64,000 nt of DNA from Sedimentisphaerales bacterium (GCA_963663965.2 CAXXFK010000038.1:32001-96000); one strand, 5' to 3'. Shown: positions 32,795 to 43,192, counted from the first letter of the stretch. The notes: generated by a model from the letters alone, not told the origin. Numbers and translations are program-made.

Positions 32795-33657
32795 CCGGGA
32801 CATATGATGAGTATCTGGCGCGTGGCATGCAAGCCGGTTTGCGCTATAGGCTGGCGCCACCACGGCATATTCCGCAAGGCCTGATGGGAGAACAACTGGG
32901 AAACCGGCCCGGTAGTTCGCTGGAATTTATGGATCATCGCGACTATCTTCCGGGCGATGATTTGCGCCGGATCGACTGGTCGGCTTATGCCCGAAGCGAT
33001 AAATTAACCGTCCGGCTCTACCGTGAAGAGATCAATCCCCATCTGGATATTATTCTGGATGGATCGATGAGCATGGCGTTATCCGGGACGGAAAAGCCGG
33101 GCAGTTCGGTGGCGATTGCCGCGATGATGGCCCAGGCGGCCGCGAATGCCGGATTCAGTTATAAACTCTGGCTGGCATCGGACTATTGTATCGATTTACC
33201 GGGTGGCTCGGGTCTACCGACTCACTGGCAGGGGATCCAGTTCAATTATCGCGGTTCACCGGTTGATTCACTGTCGCATCCAACGGGCCGGATGAGGTCG
33301 CGGGCGATGCGGCTGTTGATCAGTGACTTGCTCTGGGCGGGGGATCCGATGCAACCGATGCTGCAACTCAGCCGGGACGCGTCATCCGTTTTCGTGATAC
33401 AGGTTCTGGCGACGGTGGATATCGAACCGCCGGGCCCGGGCAATTTGCGTCTGCTGGATTCGGAAACCGGGCAGTTGTTAGAAGTCTATATTGATACCGC
33501 CGCCCGGCAGCAGTATCTTGACCGGCTGGCGCGGCATCAGCAACTGTGGCAGCAGGCCTGTCAGCATTGCGGCGCCGCGATGACGGTTGTGACAGCCGAG
33601 TCGTATTTACAAACATTTGAACTGAAAGATTTTATCGTTAATGGCATCATACAATAG
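32791..33657 (+). CDS. DUF58 family protein
   Basis: GSSLEFMDHRDYLPGDDLRRIDWSAYARSDKL; LDGSMSM. Confidence 0.92.
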   Translation: MTGTYDEYLARGMQAGLRYRLAPPRHIPQGLMGEQLGNRPGSSLEFMDHRDYLPGDDLRRIDWSAYARSDKLTVRLYREEINPHLDIILDGSMSMALSGTEKPGSSVAIAAMMAQAAANAGFSYKLWLASDYCIDLPGGSGLPTHWQGIQFNYRGSPVDSLSHPTGRMRSRAMRLLISDLLWAGDPMQPMLQLSRDASSVFVIQVLATVDIEPPGPGNLRLLDSETGQLLEVYIDTAARQQYLDRLARHQQLWQQACQHCGAAMTVVTAESYLQTFELKDFIVNGIIQ

Positions 33658-33691
33658 ACATCATCATTCTGCAGGATCAAGATAACCAACA

Positions 33692-35527
33692 ATGGCCATA
33701 TTCGGATTTCCATTAGCATTCTGGGCGCTTAGTTCACTGCCGGTATTGGGCGCGATCTACTGGCTGCGCAACCGTTATCGAAATGTGACAGTCAGTTCGC
33801 TACTGTTATGGGATCAATGTTCCCTGGCCCGGGAGGGCGGTCGAAAATTCCAGCGGATACAGACGGCGTTGCTGTTTTACCTGGAACTGGCCATTTTATC
33901 GTTAACGGCACTGGCCGCCACGGCGCCGTTATTTCCCCTGGGGGGAAAGGTTCGCCATTTGGTAGTGGTACTGGATGATTCCTGGTCGATGCAGGCCGTT
34001 AATGACGGCAAGAGCTTTCGTCAGGCCGGTCTGGAAAAAGTCATGGATGAATTTCTGGCGTATCGACACACGCGCGCCACGGTGATTCTGGCCGGGCATA
34101 CGGTTCGTCAGGCCGGCAGTCATATTTCCAGCAAAGCGGAACTCATCCAAGCGATGGATCAATGGCGATGTCAGTCTGATCGTGTCGACTGGGCGCAAGC
34201 GATCACTTTGTCAACGGGACTGGCGCAAGGCTGGACGGATATTCTGGTTATCAGTGACCATTACCCTGCCGTAGAACCGCAGGGCAATAGCGGGATCCTC
34301 TGGCATGCCGTTGGCAGTGAAGTATCTAATCTGGCGATCACCGGGGCATTTCTCAGTCAGACCGATACGGGCCAACGGCTGGTGGTTGAAGTATCCAATC
34401 TGTCCGGTCAGGATACACGAAGCGCACTCACTGTGGGTGTTGAAAACGAAGATCCGGCCAAGGGGATATCGCGACAGCCGGTAGAACTTTCCGCCCATAG
34501 TGTCAAAAGGCTGGTCTTGAGCCTGCCAGATTCCGACAAACCGGTCGGTGTCCAATTGAAGGGTCAGCGAACGGATGGGCTGTCCGTGGATGATGATGTC
34601 GTTTTAATCCCTTTCGTTCGTAAAAAATTACCGGTCACCGTAGCATTAACCAATACGGATGTCATCCAGTATCTTATCCCGGCGCTGGACGCCAGCGAAT
34701 TGTGTTCGATGGGCGTGGACTCTCCGGAATTGGTGATAACGGATAATTCGACCCAGCTGGGTCAGTCCACCGGCCCATGGCGATTGTGTATTCTCAACGA
34801 ATCCGATGCGGTTCCCATCAATGGGCCGTATCTCACTGATGCAAGTTCGCCCTTGCTGGAGGGCACGCAGTTCAAGCAAGTGGTATGGGGCGCGGCACGG
34901 ATCGAAGAATCTGCCGGAGACGCTCAAACGTCCCATCCGGCTTATCAAGGCCGGCCTCTGATCATGGCCGGCGATGTACCCCTGCTGACAGAATATGTCC
35001 GGCGCGACGGGCGGCTGGATTTTCTGATGCGCTGGAATCCAGACTATTCCAATTTACAAAACGACATCAATTTTCCAATTATGATCACCAACTGTATCCG
35101 AATGTGCATCGCCTCGCGCCCAGGCCCGCAGCGGCCAAACTATGCCGTGGGAGATATTATCGATCTGAATCTGCCAGAGGGCGCCGCCAGAATTGTTGTC
35201 AGCAATCCCTCCGGGAAGCAGTCGGAATATGATCTGGCACAATATGATTCTCGTCAGTTTTCCCTGTCGGCTGAGGAAAAAGGGATCTATCAATTTTCAC
35301 TTTATGACGCGGAGGGCAAGGAACGCATCTATCCAGTCGCCGCCAACTGTCTGGCCCGTTCAGAATCCGATCTGAATGAATGTTCCAAGGGAGAGGTTGG
35401 CGGCTGGCAGGTGGAAACGCAGGCTGACGCCGTCTATCAAAAAGGTTCATGGCTGTTGGTGCTGGCGGCCCTGGTATTGCTGGCGCTCCATCATGTTTTA
35501 ATGGCGCGGGGGAGAGTGCGGCAATGA
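33692..35527 (+). CDS. BatA-like N-terminal + VWA domain protein
   Basis: BatA-like start (LPVLGAIYWLR...VSSLLLW), MIDAS LDDSWSM, C-terminal ESDL followed by a TM segment. Confidence 0.88.
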   Translation: MAIFGFPLAFWALSSLPVLGAIYWLRNRYRNVTVSSLLLWDQCSLAREGGRKFQRIQTALLFYLELAILSLTALAATAPLFPLGGKVRHLVVVLDDSWSMQAVNDGKSFRQAGLEKVMDEFLAYRHTRATVILAGHTVRQAGSHISSKAELIQAMDQWRCQSDRVDWAQAITLSTGLAQGWTDILVISDHYPAVEPQGNSGILWHAVGSEVSNLAITGAFLSQTDTGQRLVVEVSNLSGQDTRSALTVGVENEDPAKGISRQPVELSAHSVKRLVLSLPDSDKPVGVQLKGQRTDGLSVDDDVVLIPFVRKKLPVTVALTNTDVIQYLIPALDASELCSMGVDSPELVITDNSTQLGQSTGPWRLCILNESDAVPINGPYLTDASSPLLEGTQFKQVVWGAARIEESAGDAQTSHPAYQGRPLIMAGDVPLLTEYVRRDGRLDFLMRWNPDYSNLQNDINFPIMITNCIRMCIASRPGPQRPNYAVGDIIDLNLPEGAARIVVSNPSGKQSEYDLAQYDSRQFSLSAEEKGIYQFSLYDAEGKERIYPVAANCLARSESDLNECSKGEVGGWQVETQADAVYQKGSWLLVLAALVLLALHHVLMARGRVRQ

Positions 35528-38391
35528 TTTTGTTCGAACCCATCTGGTTGATTTTAATGATCCCGGCGCTGGTCTGTTTGTATTACTGGCGTATGCCCGG
35601 ACGGTTGCTGGCAGTATTGCGAATTATCCTGGTTGCGTTGTTGATCCTGATTATGACAGATCCGGCCTTGCGTCTGGGTGACCGCCGAGGCACTGTGGTG
35701 GTGATTGCCGACCGGAGCGCTTCCATGCCGCCGGATTCGCAAGAAAGCATGGTCGAAGCAATCCATATTGTCCAGGATGATATGCCAAACGGGAACTCGC
35801 TGGCAGTCGTTTCATTCGGTGAACAAGCGATCATTGACAAAACTCCGCAAAGTCAGCATTTTGAGGAATTAATCGCCAATGTCAATCCTGACGGTTCCAA
35901 TCTGGCTGATGCCCTGAACAAGGCCGTATCCCTGATCGACCGGGATGCTTCGGGCCGGATTCTGGTTTTCAGCGATGGACGCTGGACAGGCTCGTCGCCC
36001 AATGTGATCGCCTCGACCATGGCTTCGCGACACATCGCGATGGACTACCGGATATTTGAACGGCAACAAGGTCGAGATCTGGCGATAATGGACGTGGTCG
36101 CGCCACAGAAAGTTTCGCCCGGCCAGGCCTGGCTGATCAATGCCTGGATCAACTGTCCGGAACCGGTGGAAGTGAATTATGAACTCATCCGCGGGAATCT
36201 GATCATTGGTCGCGGTTCCCGACCACTGAAGTCAGGCCTTAACCGGCTGACCTTTCGTGACCGGGCCGGAGATTATGGCGTGTATGATTATCAATTGAAA
36301 ATTGACGGCTACGCGGACGACCCGGTTGCCCAGAATAATTACGCCCGATTTCTGACCCAGATCGATGTCAACCGTCCCCTGCTGGCGCTCGGTCAGACCG
36401 GGCAGTCCGGACTGGTCAATCTATTGCAGAAAGACGGTATTCCGGTCGTGCGTCAGGAAACCGCCGAAATGGGATTTACCCTGGATGAACTGGCAGGCTA
36501 TTCCGCCATCCTCATAGAAGATCTCGATGCCGGTGAAATAGGGCCGGGTGGCATGGAAAATATCGCCGCATGGGTTACGGACACCGGCGCCGGTGTCATC
36601 ATGACCGGCGGCCCGCACAGTTACGGTCCGGGCGGGTATTTCCGTTCTCCGCTTGAGCCGATCATGCCGGTCAGCATGGAGCTGCGCCGCGAACATCGCA
36701 AGCTCAATATGGCCATTGTGGTCGTGCTGGATCGCTCCGGCAGTATGTCTGTATCGGCAGACGGAATCAAGACCAAGATGGATCTGGCGAACGCGGCTTC
36801 CGCCGAGGTGCTGGGGTTATTGTCGCCCGGCGATGAAATGGGCGTTATTGCCGTTGACAGCGCGGCTCATATCATCGCCGACTGTAAACCGATCGGAGAA
36901 AATGTGGCCGGATTACGGCAGAAAATTCTTTCGATCGAGTCCACCGGAGGGGGAATTTTCGTTTATGAAGGCCTGATCCATGCCGCTTCGCTACTATCGG
37001 GCGCCGAATCAGAGACCAAACACATTATTCTATTTGCCGACGCGGCCGATTCCGAAGAACCGGGCGATTATAAAAATCTGATCGCGAAATGCCGACAGGC
37101 CGGAGTGACGGTCAGTGTGATCGGACTGGGCAGCGAAAAGGATCAGGACGCGGATTTGCTGCGCGATATCGCGTTGCGAGGCGAGGGGCGGTGTTTCTTT
37201 ACGCAAAACGCGCTGGATTTACCCCGTCTGTTTGCCCAGGATACTTTTATGGTGGCCCGTAACAGTTTTATTAATGAACCGGTTGCGTTTGAGTTCAAGG
37301 CCGGCATTGACACCTTGATGGATATTGACACCGCCGGCGATCATCGTGTTGGCGGTTATAATCTCTGTTACATCCGACCTGAAGCGACACTCTCCGCGGT
37401 CACGCTGGATGGATATGACGCGCCCATTCTTGCCCACTGGCAGGCCGGTATTGGCCGGGCGGCGGCATTCTGCGCCCAGGCGGATGGCAATTATGCCGGT
37501 CAACTGGCGCAATGGTCAGAGGCGGGGCGACTTTATAGTTCGCTGGCCCGCTGGGCGATTGGCGATCCACAGGGTTTGGGACAGAACATTCTGGTCACCC
37601 AGGAAATTAACAAGGGTATCTGTCAGGTGCAGATTCACATTGATTCCCGGCTGGACCGGTTGCCGTTCAGTGAACCGCCGGTGGTTAATGTCCTGCGCGA
37701 ACGGCCGGGCCGGGAGCCGGCCAGAGAGCAACTCCGGTCCACATTGATCAGCGCCGATAAGTTTGCCGTAGATATTCCCTTAAGCAGTGACAAGACGGTG
37801 CTGGCTACTGTAGACGCCGGTGCCACCGGTAACGTGACGCTGCCGCCGGTCTGTTTACCTTATTCTCCGGAATATCTCCCGGAAGACGCCGTTGGCGGTC
37901 AGGAGACATTGCAGCGTTTAAGTCGCATGACCGGAGGAGGGCGACTGGCTGACCTGACTGGAATCTGGGATTCGTTGGAAGGCCGTCCGGTCTATGTCGA
38001 TATGACTCCATGGCTGGCCATGGTGGCGATTGTGCTGTTTCTGCTGGAAATTCTTGAGCGTCGAACGGGTGTCCTGTCAATGCGGCCAGTCAAACGCTGG
38101 CTGGAAAGGAGAAAAGCCAAAGGTCTCCAACCCGCAGTGGCGCTGGAATCCACGGAGGAATCCACTGAAACCGAGAAGCGTGTTTTGCCGGTCAAGCCCA
38201 AAAGGGGATATTGGGACATCCTGTCAAAAGTGAAAATCAGACATCAATCATCTACCGAGCAAAAAGCTGAAAGTTCCCCCAGAAAAGATCAGCAACCCAT
38301 CACAAAGCCGGTTGCGCCTCCCCAACCGACAGAAGCTGATTCAGGAGAAGGATTGTTGGATGCGTTAAATAAAATCAAACGCAAGCATTGA
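35524..38391 (+). CDS. Double-VWA + glutamine-amidotransferase-like membrane protein
   Basis: MIDAS motifs ADRSASM and LDRSGSM, FSDG, GGPHSYGPGGY...PV, C-terminal TM segment followed by LERR. Confidence 0.88.
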   Translation: MILFEPIWLILMIPALVCLYYWRMPGRLLAVLRIILVALLILIMTDPALRLGDRRGTVVVIADRSASMPPDSQESMVEAIHIVQDDMPNGNSLAVVSFGEQAIIDKTPQSQHFEELIANVNPDGSNLADALNKAVSLIDRDASGRILVFSDGRWTGSSPNVIASTMASRHIAMDYRIFERQQGRDLAIMDVVAPQKVSPGQAWLINAWINCPEPVEVNYELIRGNLIIGRGSRPLKSGLNRLTFRDRAGDYGVYDYQLKIDGYADDPVAQNNYARFLTQIDVNRPLLALGQTGQSGLVNLLQKDGIPVVRQETAEMGFTLDELAGYSAILIEDLDAGEIGPGGMENIAAWVTDTGAGVIMTGGPHSYGPGGYFRSPLEPIMPVSMELRREHRKLNMAIVVVLDRSGSMSVSADGIKTKMDLANAASAEVLGLLSPGDEMGVIAVDSAAHIIADCKPIGENVAGLRQKILSIESTGGGIFVYEGLIHAASLLSGAESETKHIILFADAADSEEPGDYKNLIAKCRQAGVTVSVIGLGSEKDQDADLLRDIALRGEGRCFFTQNALDLPRLFAQDTFMVARNSFINEPVAFEFKAGIDTLMDIDTAGDHRVGGYNLCYIRPEATLSAVTLDGYDAPILAHWQAGIGRAAAFCAQADGNYAGQLAQWSEAGRLYSSLARWAIGDPQGLGQNILVTQEINKGICQVQIHIDSRLDRLPFSEPPVVNVLRERPGREPAREQLRSTLISADKFAVDIPLSSDKTVLATVDAGATGNVTLPPVCLPYSPEYLPEDAVGGQETLQRLSRMTGGGRLADLTGIWDSLEGRPVYVDMTPWLAMVAIVLFLLEILERRTGVLSMRPVKRWLERRKAKGLQPAVALESTEESTETEKRVLPVKPKRGYWDILSKVKIRHQSSTEQKAESSPRKDQQPITKPVAPPQPTEADSGEGLLDALNKIKRKH

Positions 38392-38462
38392 CCGCCGGCG
38401 GGAGTTTGAACCGTGCGACCCTCCTCAAGCCAAACCGCGCTTTAGCTGAATACCAACCCTAT

Positions 38463-38567
38463 TATACCCAATGGGTATGAAAATTTCTGATCGCTCACAA
38501 GATAAGTTTTTATTCGTGTAGAACTTATATCACGGCCAAGCGAACATTTTCAATTGTAAGCAGTAAA
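38463..38567. repeat. 105-bp palindromic dispersed element, copy 2
   Basis: Ungapped alignment with 100-204; lies between convergent genes. Confidence 0.85.
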
Positions 38568-38623
38568 ACGTGAAAATCATTTAGCCGGGCACTCTGAATG
38601 GCAGGAATTTAACAAGGTGATCC

Positions 38624-40789
38624 TTATGCCTGATTTTCCAGATCCATTTCGCCGATAAACCGGATCAGTTTCCGATAGAGGATCAATCCCAGGCTTTTGT
38701 TCCGGCCTTTCATGGCGACCATCCCGGTGGAACCATACTGGAAACCCTCTGGCACCGGTCCATCCAGATTGATAACAATTTTATGATAGGTGTCCAATAC
38801 CCGGCCATTTAACGGATCTATGGGCAACGAACCCTGGCCGGCCGTCGTCAGGGTCAGATCATGAACATAATCCACCGGCGCCGGCGATACGTATACCAGT
38901 GTTCCTGTCAGGGCCATCCGGGGATGCATCGCGCTACGAAAGACCATTTTTTTCCCAACCATTTCCTGTACTTCGATCACATCCTTCTGATGTATCCATG
39001 CTTCACACTGCCAATTGCCATCGGCCAGGCGGGCCACTTCTTCACCCGGTTGGACATAATACCCGGCGTTTTCCAATTGAGGGCAGTCAATCAAAGTCCC
39101 ATCAGAATCCGTCCGGACATTCAGTTGTTCCAGATCCTTACTGCTGGTTTGCACCAGCGCGGTCAAACGGGTTACTATTTCCAGTTGCTGCGCGATTTCC
39201 ACGGGATCGATGGTACTATCCGATTGATAAAGCGTGAGTAGCTTCCGCGCCTGAGTCAATCGATTCCGGGCATCCAGATACTTCTCATGCAAAAGATGAT
39301 TATCCAGTTCCATAATGGGAGTCGCCGCTTCCACCCGGTCCCCCGTCTGGGCAAGAACCCGTTTGACAAAACCGCTTTGACGCGTCCTTATGATTTGTTC
39401 ATGTTCACGGATCAGACGCGCTTCGGCCCGGATCGGGCACGGAATCGGCATATAGACAATGGCAGCAGGCACAATCATGAGGAACAGCAATGCCGCGATA
39501 CTGGTACGCCAGCGATAGCGTGAAGCCTCCGGTGATTTTCTCAAATAAACCGTAATGCGAGTCAGTATCGAAAAGACCGTCATGGCAATGTACAACCCAG
39601 CCAGCGCCAAACCGAAAATAAGCATTTTACGAGCGATGACCCAGGATAACGCCAGGACAATACTGACTTTATAGATTGAAGCAAAAATGCCGAAGGTTAA
39701 CAGGAAAAACGCCATCCAACCACGGGGGCCCGGCTCATTACTTTTAATTCGCAAGAATAACCGTTTGCAGACCCGAACCAGATAATCGCGTGACCGGCTT
39801 CTTAAGTTGGGCATTTCCAGCAGATCGCTCAGGATATAGTAGCCATCAAACCGCATCAATGGATTGACATTCATCAGGAGCGTGGTCACGCTGGCCAGGA
39901 AAAAGATATTGTACGCCAGCATCCGCGTGGAATAGGACTCGGAGGCACACCAGACCAGCAGTGCGATCATGGCGATCATGGATTCAAAATAAACGCCCCC
40001 CAATCCGACGATAATCCGTTTTATTTTGCTGTTAAATCCCCATGAACTGGTTACATCCACATAAGCGCAGGGGGTGAGCATAATCAGGTACACGCCCATG
40101 TCGGTGACCTGTCCGCCAAACAACTTGCAGGCGTAGCCGTGTCCCAATTCATGGATTGCCTTGAGTAAAATTAACGAAATCCATAAGATCGCCATATTCC
40201 CGGCGCTGAAGAGAGAACCGGAAAAGGTTTGGATCTCTCCAAAATGCCGAACCGTTAATGCCGCGGATCCGCCCAACAGGATCAGGTATATAATAAAAAA
40301 TACCCGAGTAAACAGCGGGCGCACCAGATGGGCGGTCTTTTCCAGGAAATTGTCCGGATTCAACAAGGGGATCTGCAGAAAAAACAGACTAAACAATTTC
40401 TGCATCCGTTGCGCTTTCTGTCTTTGAATATGCCGCCGGTAAAGCGCCTTGTCGCTTGAAATAGGCAGTTGCAGAAAATTCAGCTGGTGGAGATTCAATA
40501 CAAACTTGAAAAATGGCTCCTGATCTTCCGGATTCATCCACTCCTTTTCGACCAGGATCTGAAATATTTCAGCCAGGGTAAGAGCCGGTGTCAGTTGACA
40601 AAATATCAGATATTCTTTTAAATTAAATTGATAGCATTGCAGCGACAGGGGATCGCGCACCACATAATAAGGTTCGCCATGATTGAGATGACGATGGATC
40701 TCCAGATCATTACGCAATCCGATGTGGGCCTTGCCCAGACGTTCATGCAAGCGGACCGTATTGTCTTGTGTTGTATCGGCTTGTACCAT
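38624..40789 (-). CDS. PqqD/RRE-like + M50 (site-2) metalloprotease + HlyD-type membrane-fusion domain protein
   Basis: N-terminal YVVRDP...EYLIFCQL...TLAEI; HELGH; NVNPLMRFDGYY; GFVKRVLAQTGDRVEAATPIMEL lipoyl-like half and coiled coil. Confidence 0.88.
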   Translation of the reverse strand: MVQADTTQDNTVRLHERLGKAHIGLRNDLEIHRHLNHGEPYYVVRDPLSLQCYQFNLKEYLIFCQLTPALTLAEIFQILVEKEWMNPEDQEPFFKFVLNLHQLNFLQLPISSDKALYRRHIQRQKAQRMQKLFSLFFLQIPLLNPDNFLEKTAHLVRPLFTRVFFIIYLILLGGSAALTVRHFGEIQTFSGSLFSAGNMAILWISLILLKAIHELGHGYACKLFGGQVTDMGVYLIMLTPCAYVDVTSSWGFNSKIKRIIVGLGGVYFESMIAMIALLVWCASESYSTRMLAYNIFFLASVTTLLMNVNPLMRFDGYYILSDLLEMPNLRSRSRDYLVRVCKRLFLRIKSNEPGPRGWMAFFLLTFGIFASIYKVSIVLALSWVIARKMLIFGLALAGLYIAMTVFSILTRITVYLRKSPEASRYRWRTSIAALLFLMIVPAAIVYMPIPCPIRAEARLIREHEQIIRTRQSGFVKRVLAQTGDRVEAATPIMELDNHLLHEKYLDARNRLTQARKLLTLYQSDSTIDPVEIAQQLEIVTRLTALVQTSSKDLEQLNVRTDSDGTLIDCPQLENAGYYVQPGEEVARLADGNWQCEAWIHQKDVIEVQEMVGKKMVFRSAMHPRMALTGTLVYVSPAPVDYVHDLTLTTAGQGSLPIDPLNGRVLDTYHKIVINLDGPVPEGFQYGSTGMVAMKGRNKSLGLILYRKLIRFIGEMDLENQA

Positions 40790-40792
40790 GCG

Positions 40793-42676
40793 TCAATACC
40801 AAAAATGCATCTGGACATATTCGATGACTTTATGCAAGGCGATCCACCAGACGGGTCGTCGTCCGGCTTCGACCCGTGCCACCCCTTCCATGCCCGAGCG
40901 AATCCATTCCGGATTGAGATCGGATTCCGCCCGCACGATATAGATATTTTTTTTGTTAGACAGGGCGACCGTCGGTGATAAATGCCGGATGGTCAAACCG
41001 TAGGCTTCTTCAGGACGGGCACCGGCGGAAAACGTTCCCGACATATTCACCAGAATATCATCCATTGCCTGTTCCGGAATATTCAATTCAATAAGCCACT
41101 GACCGGAGGGCGCCAGTTCGAACAAGGGGGCGCCCAGTGGCAATATCTGGCCGGTTTGACGGGCCGGATCGCCCTTGATTACCTGACCATCATAAGGGGC
41201 TTTAATGATCAGGCGTCCGATACGTTGATCGAGAATGTCAAGCCGGGATAGCAGATAATCACTGTTGGCGCGCGCCAGTTCAATATCCGTGGTCGACCCA
41301 TTCGCCACCGCTTTTTGCGTTTCAAGCCGGGCAATATTATACTCTGCCAGCAATTCACTACGCTGCAATTGGAGCATGTCGTTGCTGAAACGGCACAGGA
41401 TGTCGCCCTGTTTGACCCGGTCGCCCTCTTTGACCAACACTTCGTCAAGGCGCGCCTCGGCCGGGGTGGCAAAATGGCGAATCTGTGCAGGAACCGCGCG
41501 CGCCGGCACGGTAATCCGATAAGGCAAGCTGGCAAACAGGAACCAGTTGACTAACGCCAACAGCGCGACGATAACAAACACATTGACCAGGCCGCGAATG
41601 GTTTTCAGCTTGTCAATTTGGTGATATATGGAGCTGAAACCATGCATGAATAAAGAACGATTGGCCCGGTCGACCAGGTGATAGGCGCCAATCAGCGGTT
41701 CGGTTATTTCACGAATTTTACTCAGTTCCGTTTCGTCAAAGGGCAGGTCGGCGCCACGGCGCAAGCTCAATACCGCCTGACAACGGCCATCGGCTCCCCG
41801 AAGGGGAATCGAAGCGACGGCCGAGTTGCCAGTGGCGGTATGCCACTGCCGGTGTAAACGCAGATCATTGGTCATGGTATACTTAGAACCGTGCCGTACA
41901 TGATGAAACAGGCAAAATGCCTGCGTATCGAGACATTCGAGCATCGCCTCATTAATGCGGTCAATTTCTTTGCTGCCTTTTTTAATGGTATCGTGACCGG
42001 ATATGGAAACGATGTTGACTTTGCGCTTATGAACAATCCCCAGCGAGATCTGATCGCATCCAATGCGGTTACGCAAATTGTTGGTAATGGCGAAACCCAA
42101 TTCTTTTCCTGAGGTATAGCCGGCCGCACGGGCAAGGGTTTGCGTGTCCTGAAGGAACCCGGTCTGGTTTGGATTGTGATCGGTTAGACCGGAAATGTAG
42201 GACATAAACAGGGTATACGCTTCGAGAGCGATCGATTGCTGAATCGCCTGCTGACGGTCTTTGCAGTAAATCACCAGAACGATCGCCCCGATCATGGCGC
42301 TATCGTCGTTATAAACAGGGCAGGACAGGAACGCGATCGAATTGTCACTGGATTCCCGGTGAGCGTACATTTTCAGGCCGGAGGTCCTCCGGGACAGCGT
42401 TTCGTTGAGGAACTCCCGGGCCGATTTTTTCCAGAAATCCGGCGAGGTCGAACCACTGTGCCAGTATTCTTCCAATACATCCGAGGCACGTTGAATATAT
42501 AACGTTGCGTAAGGGCAGGAAAATTGGCCAGCGATTATCCCCAAAGCCTGTTGATAAAGCGCCCTTCTGTTCTTTGTTTGACGGGCTTTATCAATTAATG
42601 CGCGATAGACCTGGTTGGGTGATTGTTGGCGGGCATTTCCCATTTTCTCCTGATTGTTTTCCAGCTTCTGCGTCAT
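40793..42676 (-). CDS. GAF-like domains + HlyD-type membrane-fusion protein
   Basis: ASIPLRGADGRCQAVLSLRR...PFDETEL (GAF-like), one TM segment, EVLVKEGDRVKQGDILC, IKAPYDGQVI, IRSGMEGVARV. Confidence 0.88.
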   Translation of the reverse strand: MTQKLENNQEKMGNARQQSPNQVYRALIDKARQTKNRRALYQQALGIIAGQFSCPYATLYIQRASDVLEEYWHSGSTSPDFWKKSAREFLNETLSRRTSGLKMYAHRESSDNSIAFLSCPVYNDDSAMIGAIVLVIYCKDRQQAIQQSIALEAYTLFMSYISGLTDHNPNQTGFLQDTQTLARAAGYTSGKELGFAITNNLRNRIGCDQISLGIVHKRKVNIVSISGHDTIKKGSKEIDRINEAMLECLDTQAFCLFHHVRHGSKYTMTNDLRLHRQWHTATGNSAVASIPLRGADGRCQAVLSLRRGADLPFDETELSKIREITEPLIGAYHLVDRANRSLFMHGFSSIYHQIDKLKTIRGLVNVFVIVALLALVNWFLFASLPYRITVPARAVPAQIRHFATPAEARLDEVLVKEGDRVKQGDILCRFSNDMLQLQRSELLAEYNIARLETQKAVANGSTTDIELARANSDYLLSRLDILDQRIGRLIIKAPYDGQVIKGDPARQTGQILPLGAPLFELAPSGQWLIELNIPEQAMDDILVNMSGTFSAGARPEEAYGLTIRHLSPTVALSNKKNIYIVRAESDLNPEWIRSGMEGVARVEAGRRPVWWIALHKVIEYVQMHFWY

Positions 42677-42769
42677 GGATATTCATTTAAATTTTAAAGA
42701 TGAATAATTATACAAATTACGTTTAGATGCCGGGAGACGCGAATGTCCCGATCGCCCAGTCGCCCCCAA

Positions 42770-43192
42770 TCAGATCAGGCTGATGTTTTCTTCCGATTCA
42801 ATCGTTTCAGGGAGAATCACCCTGGTAAAAAATGAAAATCCGGTTTCGAAAGAATCCTCACTAATCAGCTTGCAGCGCATGCACCTGGCAAAAACCATGG
42901 GGATATCCACGACATCCCGGTCAAAATAAAGGCGGTAAATATCTCCAATTTTCAACGGAGCCGGGAACATGGCGCGGCAGCCGCCGGAAGAAATATCCCC
43001 GGAGATGCCCAGCATCTTCATATTGAGACATTCACTGGTATTGCCCGGTTGAAGAATGATTTTTGCCTTAATCACCAGACGTTCTGAGGATCGTTGACGA
43101 CGAATATTATCACTGGTCTGATCTTCAATTTCTTTTAAGATATCAAAGCCGTAATCTTCGTTCGTCAGAGAATAATTGATATCATCGTTCAT
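42770..43192 (-). CDS. PilZ domain protein (c-di-GMP receptor)
   Basis: RxxxR (QRSSER) and DxSxxG (DISSGG) motifs; terminal GFSF strand. Confidence 0.85.
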   Translation of the reverse strand: MNDDINYSLTNEDYGFDILKEIEDQTSDNIRRQRSSERLVIKAKIILQPGNTSECLNMKMLGISGDISSGGCRAMFPAPLKIGDIYRLYFDRDVVDIPMVFARCMRCKLISEDSFETGFSFFTRVILPETIESEENISLI

